This document shows, piece after piece, positions 8,794-16,188 of a stretch of 42,462 nt of DNA. This DNA is from Escherichia phage 26. Location of the stretch: sequence record NC_073320.1. One strand, 5' to 3'. Positions within the stretch are counted from its first letter, which is position 1, and each line of letters opens with the position of its first letter. The notes below the pieces were generated by a model. The model was not told the DNA's origin and searched no databases. It saw nothing but the letters and a program-made list of their open reading frames with translations. The position numbers and the translations under genes are program-made.

Positions 8794-9262
8794 TCTAAAA
8801 CCCTCATTATCAGTTAACGAAACAGAGTATACATTGCGAATAATGGGAAATCAAACATAATCGCACCTATTGACATTATGAAAATATTCGTTTAAGGTGC
8901 TTCTATATCTTAGTTACTTTGATTCTTGTTCACCTTGTAAGAATGCTTAACCCGTGCGTTAAGCAAAGGGTTAAGCAGCAGGCTTACTGAACACGAGAAT
9001 TATTGTAACTTTCCTTCCTAAGTATCTCCGGTTGCCCTGGGCAAGCTATATTCTCATCGGCAGCATATCTCTTAAGTATCTGATTTTCTTAATGTGCCGT
9101 AGATTCGCAACCGTAAAAATGTAACGATTATTGGGCAGGCTTAAGGCCTGCCCTTTAGTTACCAAGTAATAAGAATAAAGGCACAACCCCTGCATGAAGA
9201 ATCACAACGGCAACGTAACTATCCTCTTGCACACCCCAACATAATAGGATACTATTCACTTA
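8794..9262. other. 469-bp non-coding region between divergent early arms; candidate origin/regulatory hub
   Basis: no ORF over 16 codons on either strand; GTTAAGC x3 (8945-8976), TAAGTATCT x2 (9019-9027, 9073-9081), hairpin GGGCAGGC-TTAAG-GCCTGCCC (9133-9153), dyad copy at 9243. Confidence 0.3.
9243..9256. promoter_or_regulatory. AATAG-N4-CTATT dyad copy upstream of first rightward gene
   Basis: flanks (ccaaCATAATAGGATACTATTCA) match the reverse complement of the 23-bp element at 19486 and 29732. Confidence 0.4.
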
Positions 9263-9289
9263 TTGAAACGAGACAGAGGAGTGAGGGTT

Positions 9290-9478
9290 ATGTTTAAGAA
9301 GGGTCAGTTGGTTAAAATTAAAGAGACCAAAGAACTCTCGGTCATATTCGCGTCCCACAAAGAAAATAGATATTATTTTGCCGCATCTTTAACAGTATCG
9401 TATCTCACCGTTTTATACGCACAGGATATGGAACTCATCGGCAACAATTTTAAATTCAAAGGGCGAAGTGATGTTTAA
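9290..9478 (+). CDS. hypothetical protein, 62 aa
   Basis: ATG after RBS GGAGTGAGGG (track ORF starts at upstream TTG 9263). Confidence 0.5.
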   Translation: MFKKGQLVKIKETKELSVIFASHKENRYYFAASLTVSYLTVLYAQDMELIGNNFKFKGRSDV

Positions 9479-9701
9479 TCATATAATTAAATACGACTAT
9501 CACGATGGGGTTAAACTCGCCAAACATGAGATAGAAACATGGTGCGGCTGTAAGCCTGAATTTAGCGATTGGTTGTTCCAGGATGCACAGCACGCCATGT
9601 TAGTTATGGAGCAGGAAGGGAGAATTGTGCCGTGCAAAAGTTGCCTGAAAAATATAATCAAAACGGCATCGAATCGTGATGCTCGTGCCGACGACTCTTA
9701 G
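9471..9701 (+). CDS. hypothetical Cys-containing protein, 76 aa
   Basis: ORF overlapping upstream stop; CGC..CKSC. Confidence 0.5.
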   Translation: MFNHIIKYDYHDGVKLAKHEIETWCGCKPEFSDWLFQDAQHAMLVMEQEGRIVPCKSCLKNIIKTASNRDARADDS

Positions 9702-9715
9702 GGAGGTTGCCGTTA

Positions 9716-9973
9716 ATGAATAACACTGAACTGAAAACAGTAGCGGAATATAACCGTAAAATACGGGTTATGCGTCGTGGTGCGGGGCTGGAGCAGTTCT
9801 ATAACATGTGGCGCATTGCGACGCGCGACCCTGAGTTTCTTCAGACAGGTTATTATTCCATTAAAGGCATTATACCGATTCGTGCACGTAAGGATTATGG
9901 TTGGGTTCGTGAGACCCCTAATCTTTTGTGGTGCTGGTATTGTGGTGAATTCTGGGTAAGGGTTAAGGACTAA
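9716..9973 (+). CDS. hypothetical protein, 85 aa
   Basis: ATG after RBS GGGAGG; C-terminal CWYCGEFW. Confidence 0.5.
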   Translation: MNNTELKTVAEYNRKIRVMRRGAGLEQFYNMWRIATRDPEFLQTGYYSIKGIIPIRARKDYGWVRETPNLLWCWYCGEFWVRVKD

Positions 9974-9976
9974 GTT

Positions 9977-10120
9977 ATGAGAGAAGCATTCGAACGGTGG
10001 GCTGTCGTCGAGGGTCTGCCGGTTAACAAGGGTTCAAAGAAAGAGTACCTGAACGTTAAGACGCGTCTCGCGTGGCGGGCGTGGAAAGCTGGTGTGCAAG
10101 CTGTGATGAATACGAGGTGA
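9977..10120 (+). CDS. hypothetical protein, 47 aa
   Basis: below track cutoff; tightly packed between neighbours. Confidence 0.35.
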   Translation: MREAFERWAVVEGLPVNKGSKKEYLNVKTRLAWRAWKAGVQAVMNTR

Positions 10121-10123
10121 TTT

Positions 10124-10321
10124 ATGGGTGAGTGGATTAAGTGTAGTGAGCGGATGCCGGGTGATTTTGAAGATGTGCTGGTTACTGATGGGGATAACGT
10201 TGAGGTGATGTGGCGGCATCGCAGTGGTTTATGGGACTATTGGGCCCCGCGTAACCCGAATATCTCTAGTAACGATGTAACCCATTGGATGCCGTTGCCT
10301 GAGCCACCATCGTTGGTATAA
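10124..10321 (+). CDS. DUF551-like phage protein
   Basis: C-terminal VTHWMPLPEPP motif (family recalled from memory). Confidence 0.5.
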   Translation: MGEWIKCSERMPGDFEDVLVTDGDNVEVMWRHRSGLWDYWAPRNPNISSNDVTHWMPLPEPPSLV

Positions 10322-10339
10322 CAGGTGGTGTAACAGGTC

Positions 10340-10353
10340 AATAGGTTACTATT
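10340..10353. promoter_or_regulatory. AATAG-N4-CTATT dyad copy immediately before a terminator
   Basis: caATAGgttaCTATTtgg; no -35/-10 context, so looks like a binding site rather than a promoter. Confidence 0.35.
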
Positions 10354-10367
10354 TGGCTTTGTGACTT

Positions 10368-10400
10368 ACGCTGCTACACAGCAGCGTATCATTTTTCTCA
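10368..10400 (+). terminator. rho-independent terminator
   Basis: ACGCTGCT-ACAC-AGCAGCGT hairpin then ATCATTTTTCTCATTTTT. Confidence 0.55.
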
Positions 10401-10458
10401 TTTTTGTTCTATTTCACCAAACGCAACAATCGAAGCGACTATTGCAGGAGATGCAACA

Positions 10459-10635
10459 ATGAAAACGTTCACAGAGAAACTTATGTGGCTCGTTGCAAAG
10501 CGAGATTCGGCAACCCGAAGCTACCGTAAATGTGCCAACTGCGGCAGCGAGCAGGTGCAGTTAATCCAGTACCTGGGCGACTCGGTTACGCATAAGTGCA
10601 GAAAGTGCCATCACGTGAATACACAACACCAATAA
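10459..10635 (+). CDS. small zinc-ribbon protein, 58 aa
   Basis: below track cutoff; RBS GCAGGAG; CANCGS..CRKCHH (two CxxC pairs). Confidence 0.45.
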   Translation: MKTFTEKLMWLVAKRDSATRSYRKCANCGSEQVQLIQYLGDSVTHKCRKCHHVNTQHQ

Positions 10636-10642
10636 AATTTAC

Positions 10643-10672
10643 TTGCACACTAAGATAGAATAGGCTACTATT
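10643..10672 (+). promoter_or_regulatory. promoter-like element (TTGCAC-17-TACTAT) with AATAG-N4-CTATT dyad in the spacer
   Basis: TTGCACactaagatagAATAGgctaCTATTcat, 30 nt upstream of the 10703 ORF. Confidence 0.4.
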
Positions 10673-10702
10673 CATTTACACAAACGAGAGGAGAGACAGA
10701 AG

Positions 10703-10816
10703 ATGTACAGCGAATTTGATTTGTGGGATGTGGTTCTTATGTGGGCCTCCGGGGAAGATGTTGTTTGCGACGGCGACACATTAAGTATCGTATGCGAGGA
10801 GCCAGAAGATGAGTAA
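10703..10816 (+). CDS. hypothetical acidic peptide, 37 aa
   Basis: strong RBS GAGAGGAGAG; overlaps start of next gene. Confidence 0.3.
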   Translation: MYSEFDLWDVVLMWASGEDVVCDGDTLSIVCEEPEDE

Positions 10817-11447
10817 CAAAAACGAAGTATTCGAGTACCTGATTGACCAGCTACGGCGGCAGGTAAATAAGAAAGATGTCACGTCTTTCAATGTGTCTGT
10901 GCGGATATCCGACCTTGATGAGGTCAAGCAGGTAATCCACAACCTACAGCAGCATATCGCTGGTAAGGACGACGAAATACGTGCGCTGAAAGACAGTTTA
11001 CGGCAGAAGCTACCAGTCGTAGATGTAATGGGTGAAATTAAACGGTGGTGCATAGACCGTAGTATTGCCGGACGGGGTAACTATACCGACGAGGAAAACG
11101 CCATAATCGATGCTTACATCGGCTTGGAGCACAACCCGTACAAGCAACAGTGCGAAGACCTGGCGCACGAGGTGCAGTCACTTAAGAATAAGTTACGAGA
11201 TATGTCGGATCTGGTGGATGAGCTACTGGGGACAATAACGTTAATGAACGGGGAATACGGTTGCCGTAAGGGAAATGCCCGCGAGTGCCACCATAACTGG
11301 CGATTCGTTAATGGTAAAGCTCCCGCGGTATGTATTAATTGCGGGGTGGCTAAATCCAGCGAGTGCGAACATGAGTGGTGTGTCGAAACCTTTTACGGAA
11401 CCCGAGTATCTCCGACGTACTGCCGTAAATGTGGAGCGACCAAATGA
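10809..11447 (+). CDS. hypothetical protein, coiled-coil N-half and Cys/His-rich C-half
   Basis: 212-aa ORF; C-terminal CINCG..CEHEWC..CRKCG. Confidence 0.6.
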   Translation: MSNKNEVFEYLIDQLRRQVNKKDVTSFNVSVRISDLDEVKQVIHNLQQHIAGKDDEIRALKDSLRQKLPVVDVMGEIKRWCIDRSIAGRGNYTDEENAIIDAYIGLEHNPYKQQCEDLAHEVQSLKNKLRDMSDLVDELLGTITLMNGEYGCRKGNARECHHNWRFVNGKAPAVCINCGVAKSSECEHEWCVETFYGTRVSPTYCRKCGATK

Positions 11448-11647
11448 CCAGCATCTTATTTATCTGGGTATTGTCCGCAGGCCAGATGCAACTAGCGGCA
11501 TCAGAAACGTTTTATTCGATGGAGGCGTGCCAGTCAGCGGCACGCGCCGCAGAGAACGCGCACTTCCTGTTTCAGGGGGACAAGCACAACGATTCAGAGG
11601 TACGCGCTATCTGCTCACCTAAGCGACTTGGTAAACAGGAGAAGTGA
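11444..11647 (+). CDS. hypothetical small protein with N-terminal signal-like hydrophobic segment
   Basis: MTSILFIWVLSAGQMQLAA..; ATGA overlap with upstream stop. Confidence 0.45.
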   Translation: MTSILFIWVLSAGQMQLAASETFYSMEACQSAARAAENAHFLFQGDKHNDSEVRAICSPKRLGKQEK

Positions 11648-11649
11648 TT

Positions 11650-11883
11650 ATGGCACTCCAGGAAGAATACACCGTTGTAAAATTCACCACATCACCAGGC
11701 CGCGTTTATGCATTCCCTACTAGCGATTATAGTGACGGAATAATATGTGAGATTGTTGATGGTAAACCTTGCTGCACAACCTGGATGCGTTTCGAACTTC
11801 TTCGCGCAATCAAATATTCGCGTGCAAAAGTAGTAGGAAAGGCTAGCATCGAATTAACTGTTGAGTACGTACAGGAGAAGTGA
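11650..11883 (+). CDS. hypothetical protein, ~77 aa
   Basis: ATG after AGGAGAAG RBS; same 16-nt initiation region repeated at 11866. Confidence 0.5.
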   Translation: MALQEEYTVVKFTTSPGRVYAFPTSDYSDGIICEIVDGKPCCTTWMRFELLRAIKYSRAKVVGKASIELTVEYVQEK

Positions 11884-11885
11884 TT

Positions 11886-12176
11886 ATGGTACAGAGATAC
11901 GAAACATACGGGTACGACTGGGAACTGGAAGTTTACAAATGTGACGCGGGTAATCTTGTAAGTTACGAAGACTACGTGAAACTCGAAGCCGAGTTACAGA
12001 AATACAAAGACCAGTTCCCGGATTACGTCGAGTGCGCGAACTGTGGGTCAATTACACATGTGGAAGGGGCCGAAGACGCTATGGGGCAATCCGGTTGCCA
12101 AATAGGTGAGCATGATTGGGTGCTAGATGCCGACGAGGATTATTTTGTGTGTCGCAGTTGTGGGGAGACGACATGA
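11886..12176 (+). CDS. hypothetical Cys-rich (zinc-ribbon-like) protein, ~96 aa
   Basis: CANCGS and CRSCG pairs. Confidence 0.5.
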   Translation: MVQRYETYGYDWELEVYKCDAGNLVSYEDYVKLEAELQKYKDQFPDYVECANCGSITHVEGAEDAMGQSGCQIGEHDWVLDADEDYFVCRSCGETT

Positions 12177-12466
12177 GACTCGCAACTGACATCCTGAAAC
12201 GAAGCGGCCTTGCGCCGCTGTCACCGAGAGCTAAAACACAGATATACAAGCGCCGCGGCAACGCGCTGTACCCTGAGATTCAGGCCCGGCGCAAAGCTGT
12301 CCGCGCCTGTGGATTCCAGAACGGGAAGGCCGTGAATCTCGGTGAGTTCAAAACGCAGGAACGCGCAGCAATCGCTAACCGGTTATTTAATTACTGGAAA
12401 TCGCTGGGGTACGATGATATTCCGACGAAACCACAGAGACGACAATACATCTGGAGACACAAATAA
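12173..12466 (+). CDS. hypothetical basic protein, 97 aa
   Basis: start ATG 12173 overlaps upstream stop. Confidence 0.5.
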   Translation: MRLATDILKRSGLAPLSPRAKTQIYKRRGNALYPEIQARRKAVRACGFQNGKAVNLGEFKTQERAAIANRLFNYWKSLGYDDIPTKPQRRQYIWRHK

Positions 12467-12497
12467 ACCGTTATTAAGATAATTCCTAAGCGTGGTA

Positions 12498-12535
12498 TCC
12501 TCCAGTTACTGCATACTTAATACGCACCTGGAGGA
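12498..12535 (+). promoter_or_regulatory. stem-loop sequestering the holin Shine-Dalgarno
   Basis: TCCTCCAG-N22-CTGGAGGA; the 3' arm contains the GGAGGA RBS 7 nt before the TTG start. Confidence 0.35.
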
Positions 12536-12541
12536 TTCATC

Positions 12542-12850
12542 TTGGATAAATTTACTGAAACAGTGACAGGCTGGCTTCTCGCTGCAGCACTCGCTGGAGG
12601 GGTAATCGGACTACAACAACATAAGTACGTTATTTCTGGCCCCATCGACGGCTTCTGCTTTATTGCAACTGGCTTCACTTGCGCCGTATTTGGTGCGCCT
12701 CTTGCCGCTCAATGGTTCGGTATCACGGGCGACCGTGAAATCGCTGGTCTGGGCTTCATCATCGCCATTCTCTGGATGCCTATCTATTCCCGCCTTTCCG
12801 GTATCGTAGCCGGAGAATACATCGCACGTCGAGGAGGCCCAGATGAATGA
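12542..12850 (+). CDS. holin (three predicted TM segments)
   Basis: 102-aa membrane protein, TTG start after GGAGGA, directly upstream of endolysin. Confidence 0.55.
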   Translation: MDKFTETVTGWLLAAALAGGVIGLQQHKYVISGPIDGFCFIATGFTCAVFGAPLAAQWFGITGDREIAGLGFIIAILWMPIYSRLSGIVAGEYIARRGGPDE

Positions 12851-13115
12851 GTTATTCTGGTTCGGCGGTATGCTGGCAATAGGCGGCACATCGCTGTTTA
12901 ACGTGTATCACCCCAGCGTGGACGACGGGATATTTGGCCGGGTGCTCTATATCCTGACCACTATTGTCTGCGCCGCCGGATGTATCCACCTGTTACAGGG
13001 CAGCATGTCACCTACGTTGCCTGAGACGTTAATCACATTAGTTGCGCTGCGCCAGATTCGCCAGGCGTGGCTGTCATACGGAGGGTATAAGCGTGTCTCG
13101 AAATATTTCAGATAA
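12843..13115 (+). CDS. small membrane protein (second holin/antiholin-like)
   Basis: 90 aa, two hydrophobic segments; overlaps holin end and endolysin start. Confidence 0.45.
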   Translation: MNELFWFGGMLAIGGTSLFNVYHPSVDDGIFGRVLYILTTIVCAAGCIHLLQGSMSPTLPETLITLVALRQIRQAWLSYGGYKRVSKYFR

Positions 13116-13599
13116 TGGCTTGCAGTTCAAGAAAGCGTGGGAAAAATTTCGCGGAACTGCTTACAAAGCAACAAAGAACGAAAAATACTGGACCATCGGC
13201 TGGGGCCATACCGGGCCGGATGTGTATGAAGGGCAGAAGATTACCGAGGGCCAGGGGTTACTGTTGCTGAACCGCGATATGCAGTGGGCGGTGAAAGCAG
13301 TCGATGAAGTCGCGCACCCATCGCTGACACAGGCACAGTTTGATGCCGTTGTTGACCTGGTGTTTAACGCGGGGACTGGGGTTATCTCGGCGACTACCGG
13401 AACCGGTAAGGCGCTGCGTAGCGGAGACATCCACACCTTACGGCATAAGTTGAGTCAGTTCATCAACCAACGCAACCCGAAAACAGGTAAACTCGAGCCT
13501 GTGCTTGGCCTACGTCGCCGTACTGCGGGACGACTGGCGCTGTTCGACGGTAAACCGTGGCAAGAGGCTGAGGCTATCGGGAGAGCGGTGAAAGGTTGA
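13093..13599 (+). CDS. endolysin, lysozyme (glycoside hydrolase family 24-like)
   Basis: GLQFKKAWEKFRGTAYKATKNEKYWTIGWGHTG signature; GTG start after GGAGGG (track ORF starts upstream at 13042). Confidence 0.85.
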   Translation: MSRNISDNGLQFKKAWEKFRGTAYKATKNEKYWTIGWGHTGPDVYEGQKITEGQGLLLLNRDMQWAVKAVDEVAHPSLTQAQFDAVVDLVFNAGTGVISATTGTGKALRSGDIHTLRHKLSQFINQRNPKTGKLEPVLGLRRRTAGRLALFDGKPWQEAEAIGRAVKG

Positions 13600-13664
13600 C
13601 ACCTAAGACTAATCCGACGATACTTAAATCACCTCCTGTTCCATCCCTCTACTCTCCAGTTTTA

Positions 13665-13695
13665 TCCCGGCCCTGACCCAGCCGGGATTTTTTTT
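13665..13695 (+). terminator. rho-independent terminator after lysis cassette
   Basis: TCCCGGC-N9-GCCGGGA followed by T8. Confidence 0.7.
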
Positions 13696-13717
13696 ATCTA
13701 TTCCCTGCAATGACTAG

Positions 13718-13746
13718 TTGACTATTATCTTCGACCATATTATATT
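13718..13746 (+). promoter_or_regulatory. sigma70-type promoter (TTGACT-17-TATATT) with degenerate dyad ACTAG-N4-CTATT
   Basis: good -35/-10 match 34 nt upstream of the 13780 ORF. Confidence 0.5.
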
Positions 13747-13779
13747 TACTTCATCGACAACGAGAACGGAGTAGAGAAG

Positions 13780-14028
13780 ATGAGTAACGTATCGACGATA
13801 GAAATAACCGAGGAACTTGAAGCTAAATGCATCGCATGGACTATGGATAACGACCTGGTTGCTATGCGTAAATTTCCAATGAAAATCACGGATACCGAGG
13901 CATTCAAAGACGCACAACTGATGGCACGTATCGCCGTTAGTAACCTGAGCAACAGCATTCCGGCGGATGCGTTCTGGTTCTCCGCGATGCAGACACTGAA
14001 AGCAGCTTATGCGGGAGGGAAGAAATGA
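13780..14028 (+). CDS. hypothetical protein, 82 aa
   Basis: RBS GGAGTAGAGAAG; first gene after promoter. Confidence 0.55.
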   Translation: MSNVSTIEITEELEAKCIAWTMDNDLVAMRKFPMKITDTEAFKDAQLMARIAVSNLSNSIPADAFWFSAMQTLKAAYAGGKK

Positions 14029-14219
14029 AAGTTAAAGCAACTAAAGTTACCTGGTTACGCGCCTTGGAATATGTGACAGAGGGTAAAGTGTATGATGTGT
14101 ACAACCCAACAACCAGTGGTCTAGGTTATGTTATAGCCGATGACGGCTGTGATATTTTCATAGATTTTAGTGACGAAGGTGATGGTTTCCACGGTGTTAA
14201 ATGGGAGATTGTAGAATGA
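14025..14219 (+). CDS. hypothetical protein, 64 aa
   Basis: ATGA overlap with upstream gene. Confidence 0.5.
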   Translation: MKVKATKVTWLRALEYVTEGKVYDVYNPTTSGLGYVIADDGCDIFIDFSDEGDGFHGVKWEIVE

Positions 14220-14374
14220 GCGAACAAGGTCCAGCAAGCCAACCATTACGCGTAGGCCGTAAAGTCAGTCACACCCCGTTCCCCACACGCGAGGAACTGA
14301 TGAAACGTAACAGTTTCCCGGGGCCGGACAAGAACAAGTATCTTAATCGCATGTGGGGAGAGCGTAAAGAATGA
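14216..14374 (+). CDS. hypothetical protein, 52 aa
   Basis: below track cutoff; ATGA overlaps at both ends. Confidence 0.4.
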   Translation: MSEQGPASQPLRVGRKVSHTPFPTREELMKRNSFPGPDKNKYLNRMWGERKE

Positions 14375-14595
14375 CTGACCGCGAATACGAAAAGATGATG
14401 GTTGAGGCTGTTAACAGCGGCGCAGACATCAGACACGTGATTCACGTACTGAATACTAAAATCGCGGTTGCCGCGCAAATGGTTGAGTCGCTTTACGAGA
14501 CGCGCCGTGAACTGATTAACCGCTTCAACCTGAACAAAGGTGACACCAATGCCATCGACACCGGCAAAATCTCAGGCGTGAAGCTGGAGGACTAA
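14371..14595 (+). CDS. hypothetical protein, 74 aa
   Basis: ORF in operon context. Confidence 0.5.
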   Translation: MTDREYEKMMVEAVNSGADIRHVIHVLNTKIAVAAQMVESLYETRRELINRFNLNKGDTNAIDTGKISGVKLED

Positions 14596-14600
14596 CAAAA

Positions 14601-14900
14601 ATGAGTAGTAGCACATTAGATAAAATTGAAAAAATGCAGGTCATCCTGCGAAATATGAAATCAGACATTAAGCGGCAGGACAGGTTGAATTCAATAAACA
14701 GAATGGAACTAACTACGAAGCAAGCGCAGAAGCGCAATGCTGACGCAGCATGGATAGCAATGGAACAGATTAAGCGCCGCCATGAATTGCATGCCCTGTC
14801 TGTTGAGTTGGGATTTGCTGAACGAAGGGATGATTATAGCGCAATAGAGTTAACTGACGGATGGCATTGCTTTACCTACAAACCAAGAGAGCCAGATTGA
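14601..14900 (+). CDS. hypothetical protein, 99 aa
   Basis: ORF in operon context. Confidence 0.5.
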   Translation: MSSSTLDKIEKMQVILRNMKSDIKRQDRLNSINRMELTTKQAQKRNADAAWIAMEQIKRRHELHALSVELGFAERRDDYSAIELTDGWHCFTYKPREPD

Positions 14901-15169
14901 GCCACAAGAAATTTGCAATTAGCCGTGAGCACGCCGCCTGTGCGGTAGACGATATACGAGAAACGGCGCGGCTTGGTGATGAGATAGCGGGGGTAAGTAT
15001 GTTCAGTGACATTAACGCAGCAATCGAAGAAGCAATCTGGCGTCGCTACAACGGCGAGCAACAGCGACATTTCTGCCTGGTGCAACGCGGTAACATGATT
15101 GCCGTGGTGCAGGACCGCGATAACAAATACCCGAATGTGATGTGGACAACGAGGAATTTCTTAGGATGA
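14897..15169 (+). CDS. hypothetical protein, ~90 aa (start uncertain)
   Basis: possible TTG start overlapping upstream stop; internal ATG at 14999 is an alternative. Confidence 0.4.
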   Translation: MSHKKFAISREHAACAVDDIRETARLGDEIAGVSMFSDINAAIEEAIWRRYNGEQQRHFCLVQRGNMIAVVQDRDNKYPNVMWTTRNFLG

Positions 15170-15402
15170 TTACCAGCATTCCTAACCTGATTAAAGAATT
15201 TGGCACGATGGCCGAGACATGCCGACAAACCGGCATCAACGAAATGACGATTGCCAAGTACAGCAAAGACGTTAACTGCGAGCGCCACGTAATTTATAAC
15301 AACCGTCTGATGACGCACGTTAAGACAAGCCCGGTGTTATTCACGCGCCGGGGTATCACTAAAACAGAGCAGCGCATTGCTAAAGAGGAGAGCGGGGAAT
15401 GA
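15166..15402 (+). CDS. hypothetical protein with HTH-like segment, 78 aa
   Basis: ATGA overlap; AETCRQTGINEMTIAKYSKD. Confidence 0.45.
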   Translation: MITSIPNLIKEFGTMAETCRQTGINEMTIAKYSKDVNCERHVIYNNRLMTHVKTSPVLFTRRGITKTEQRIAKEESGE

Positions 15403-15548
15403 TTGAATTTGATGATGTTTTATTTGAGGAATACCGAGGAACGGTGTTTTTGACTGTGATGTACGGTGTTTACTCAAAGTCCTTTAACGGGTTTTCGAAA
15501 GCAGATTGCATAAATCAATTACTGCAATGGGTGTCACGCCGAAAATAA
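15399..15548 (+). CDS. hypothetical protein, 49 aa
   Basis: below track cutoff; ATGA overlap with upstream stop. Confidence 0.35.
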   Translation: MIEFDDVLFEEYRGTVFLTVMYGVYSKSFNGFSKADCINQLLQWVSRRK

Positions 15549-15557
15549 CCACACCAC

Positions 15558-15580
15558 AAGCCCTCTACGGAGGGCTTTTC
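15558..15580 (+). terminator. rho-independent terminator
   Basis: AGCCCTC-TACG-GAGGGCT then TTTTC. Confidence 0.5.
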
Positions 15581-15675
15581 TGTACATACCGCCCAATCCC
15601 CTTATATAATCCCTTTAGACGCGTAGGGCGCGTCTAGTGCGCTCTGATGGTCAGACGCATATGCAAGGGGATTCT

Positions 15676-16188
15676 ATGAAGCTGAAACTCAAGCAGCCAT
15701 CGCCAGAGGTGGTGCAAGCTGCACATGAAGAAGCTGTTAGCGCAAACCGTCGCCGTAGACGACCGCGCGGCAAACAGAGCCTTTATCAATCATCCCGTAA
15801 TTCCGCAGCGTTGTGGGACCCGGACTATTGCGATGAGTTAATCGAGTTCTTCGACCGCACGTCGTGGGAGCTTGTGCCTACGTCCAAAGGTGACGAACGC
15901 CCATTAATTCAGGATAAACCGCCATCGCTCGCCCGCTTCGCCTTACACATCGGCGTCACTATCCCGATTATTAAGCTGTGGCTGCGCGAGATTCCCGCAT
16001 TTGCAGAAGCCTATGAAACTGCGCAGGCACTGGAAGAGGCATACTTCACTGAGACAGGGGCTGCGGGCATCTCTGCTACGTTTGCCGCCGCGAAACTGGG
16101 CCTGAATAAGAAAGAAGAATCGACTGGCGAGGGTTCCGAACCTATTGAGATTCGTTTCGTTAAGGCTGTTAAACCGGGGGTTGAGTAA
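15676..16188 (+). CDS. terminase small subunit (by position)
   Basis: 170 aa directly upstream of TerL with shared stop/start (TAATG); basic N-terminus RRRRRPRGK; start ATG 15676 chosen after AAGGGGA. Confidence 0.55.
   Translation: MKLKLKQPSPEVVQAAHEEAVSANRRRRRPRGKQSLYQSSRNSAALWDPDYCDELIEFFDRTSWELVPTSKGDERPLIQDKPPSLARFALHIGVTIPIIKLWLREIPAFAEAYETAQALEEAYFTETGAAGISATFAAAKLGLNKKEESTGEGSEPIEIRFVKAVKPGVE

Noticed and set aside
8945-9081. Short direct repeats as a possible CRISPR array
   Set aside because: Only 2-3 copies of 7-9 bp, irregular spacing, no repeat-spacer periodicity and no cas genes
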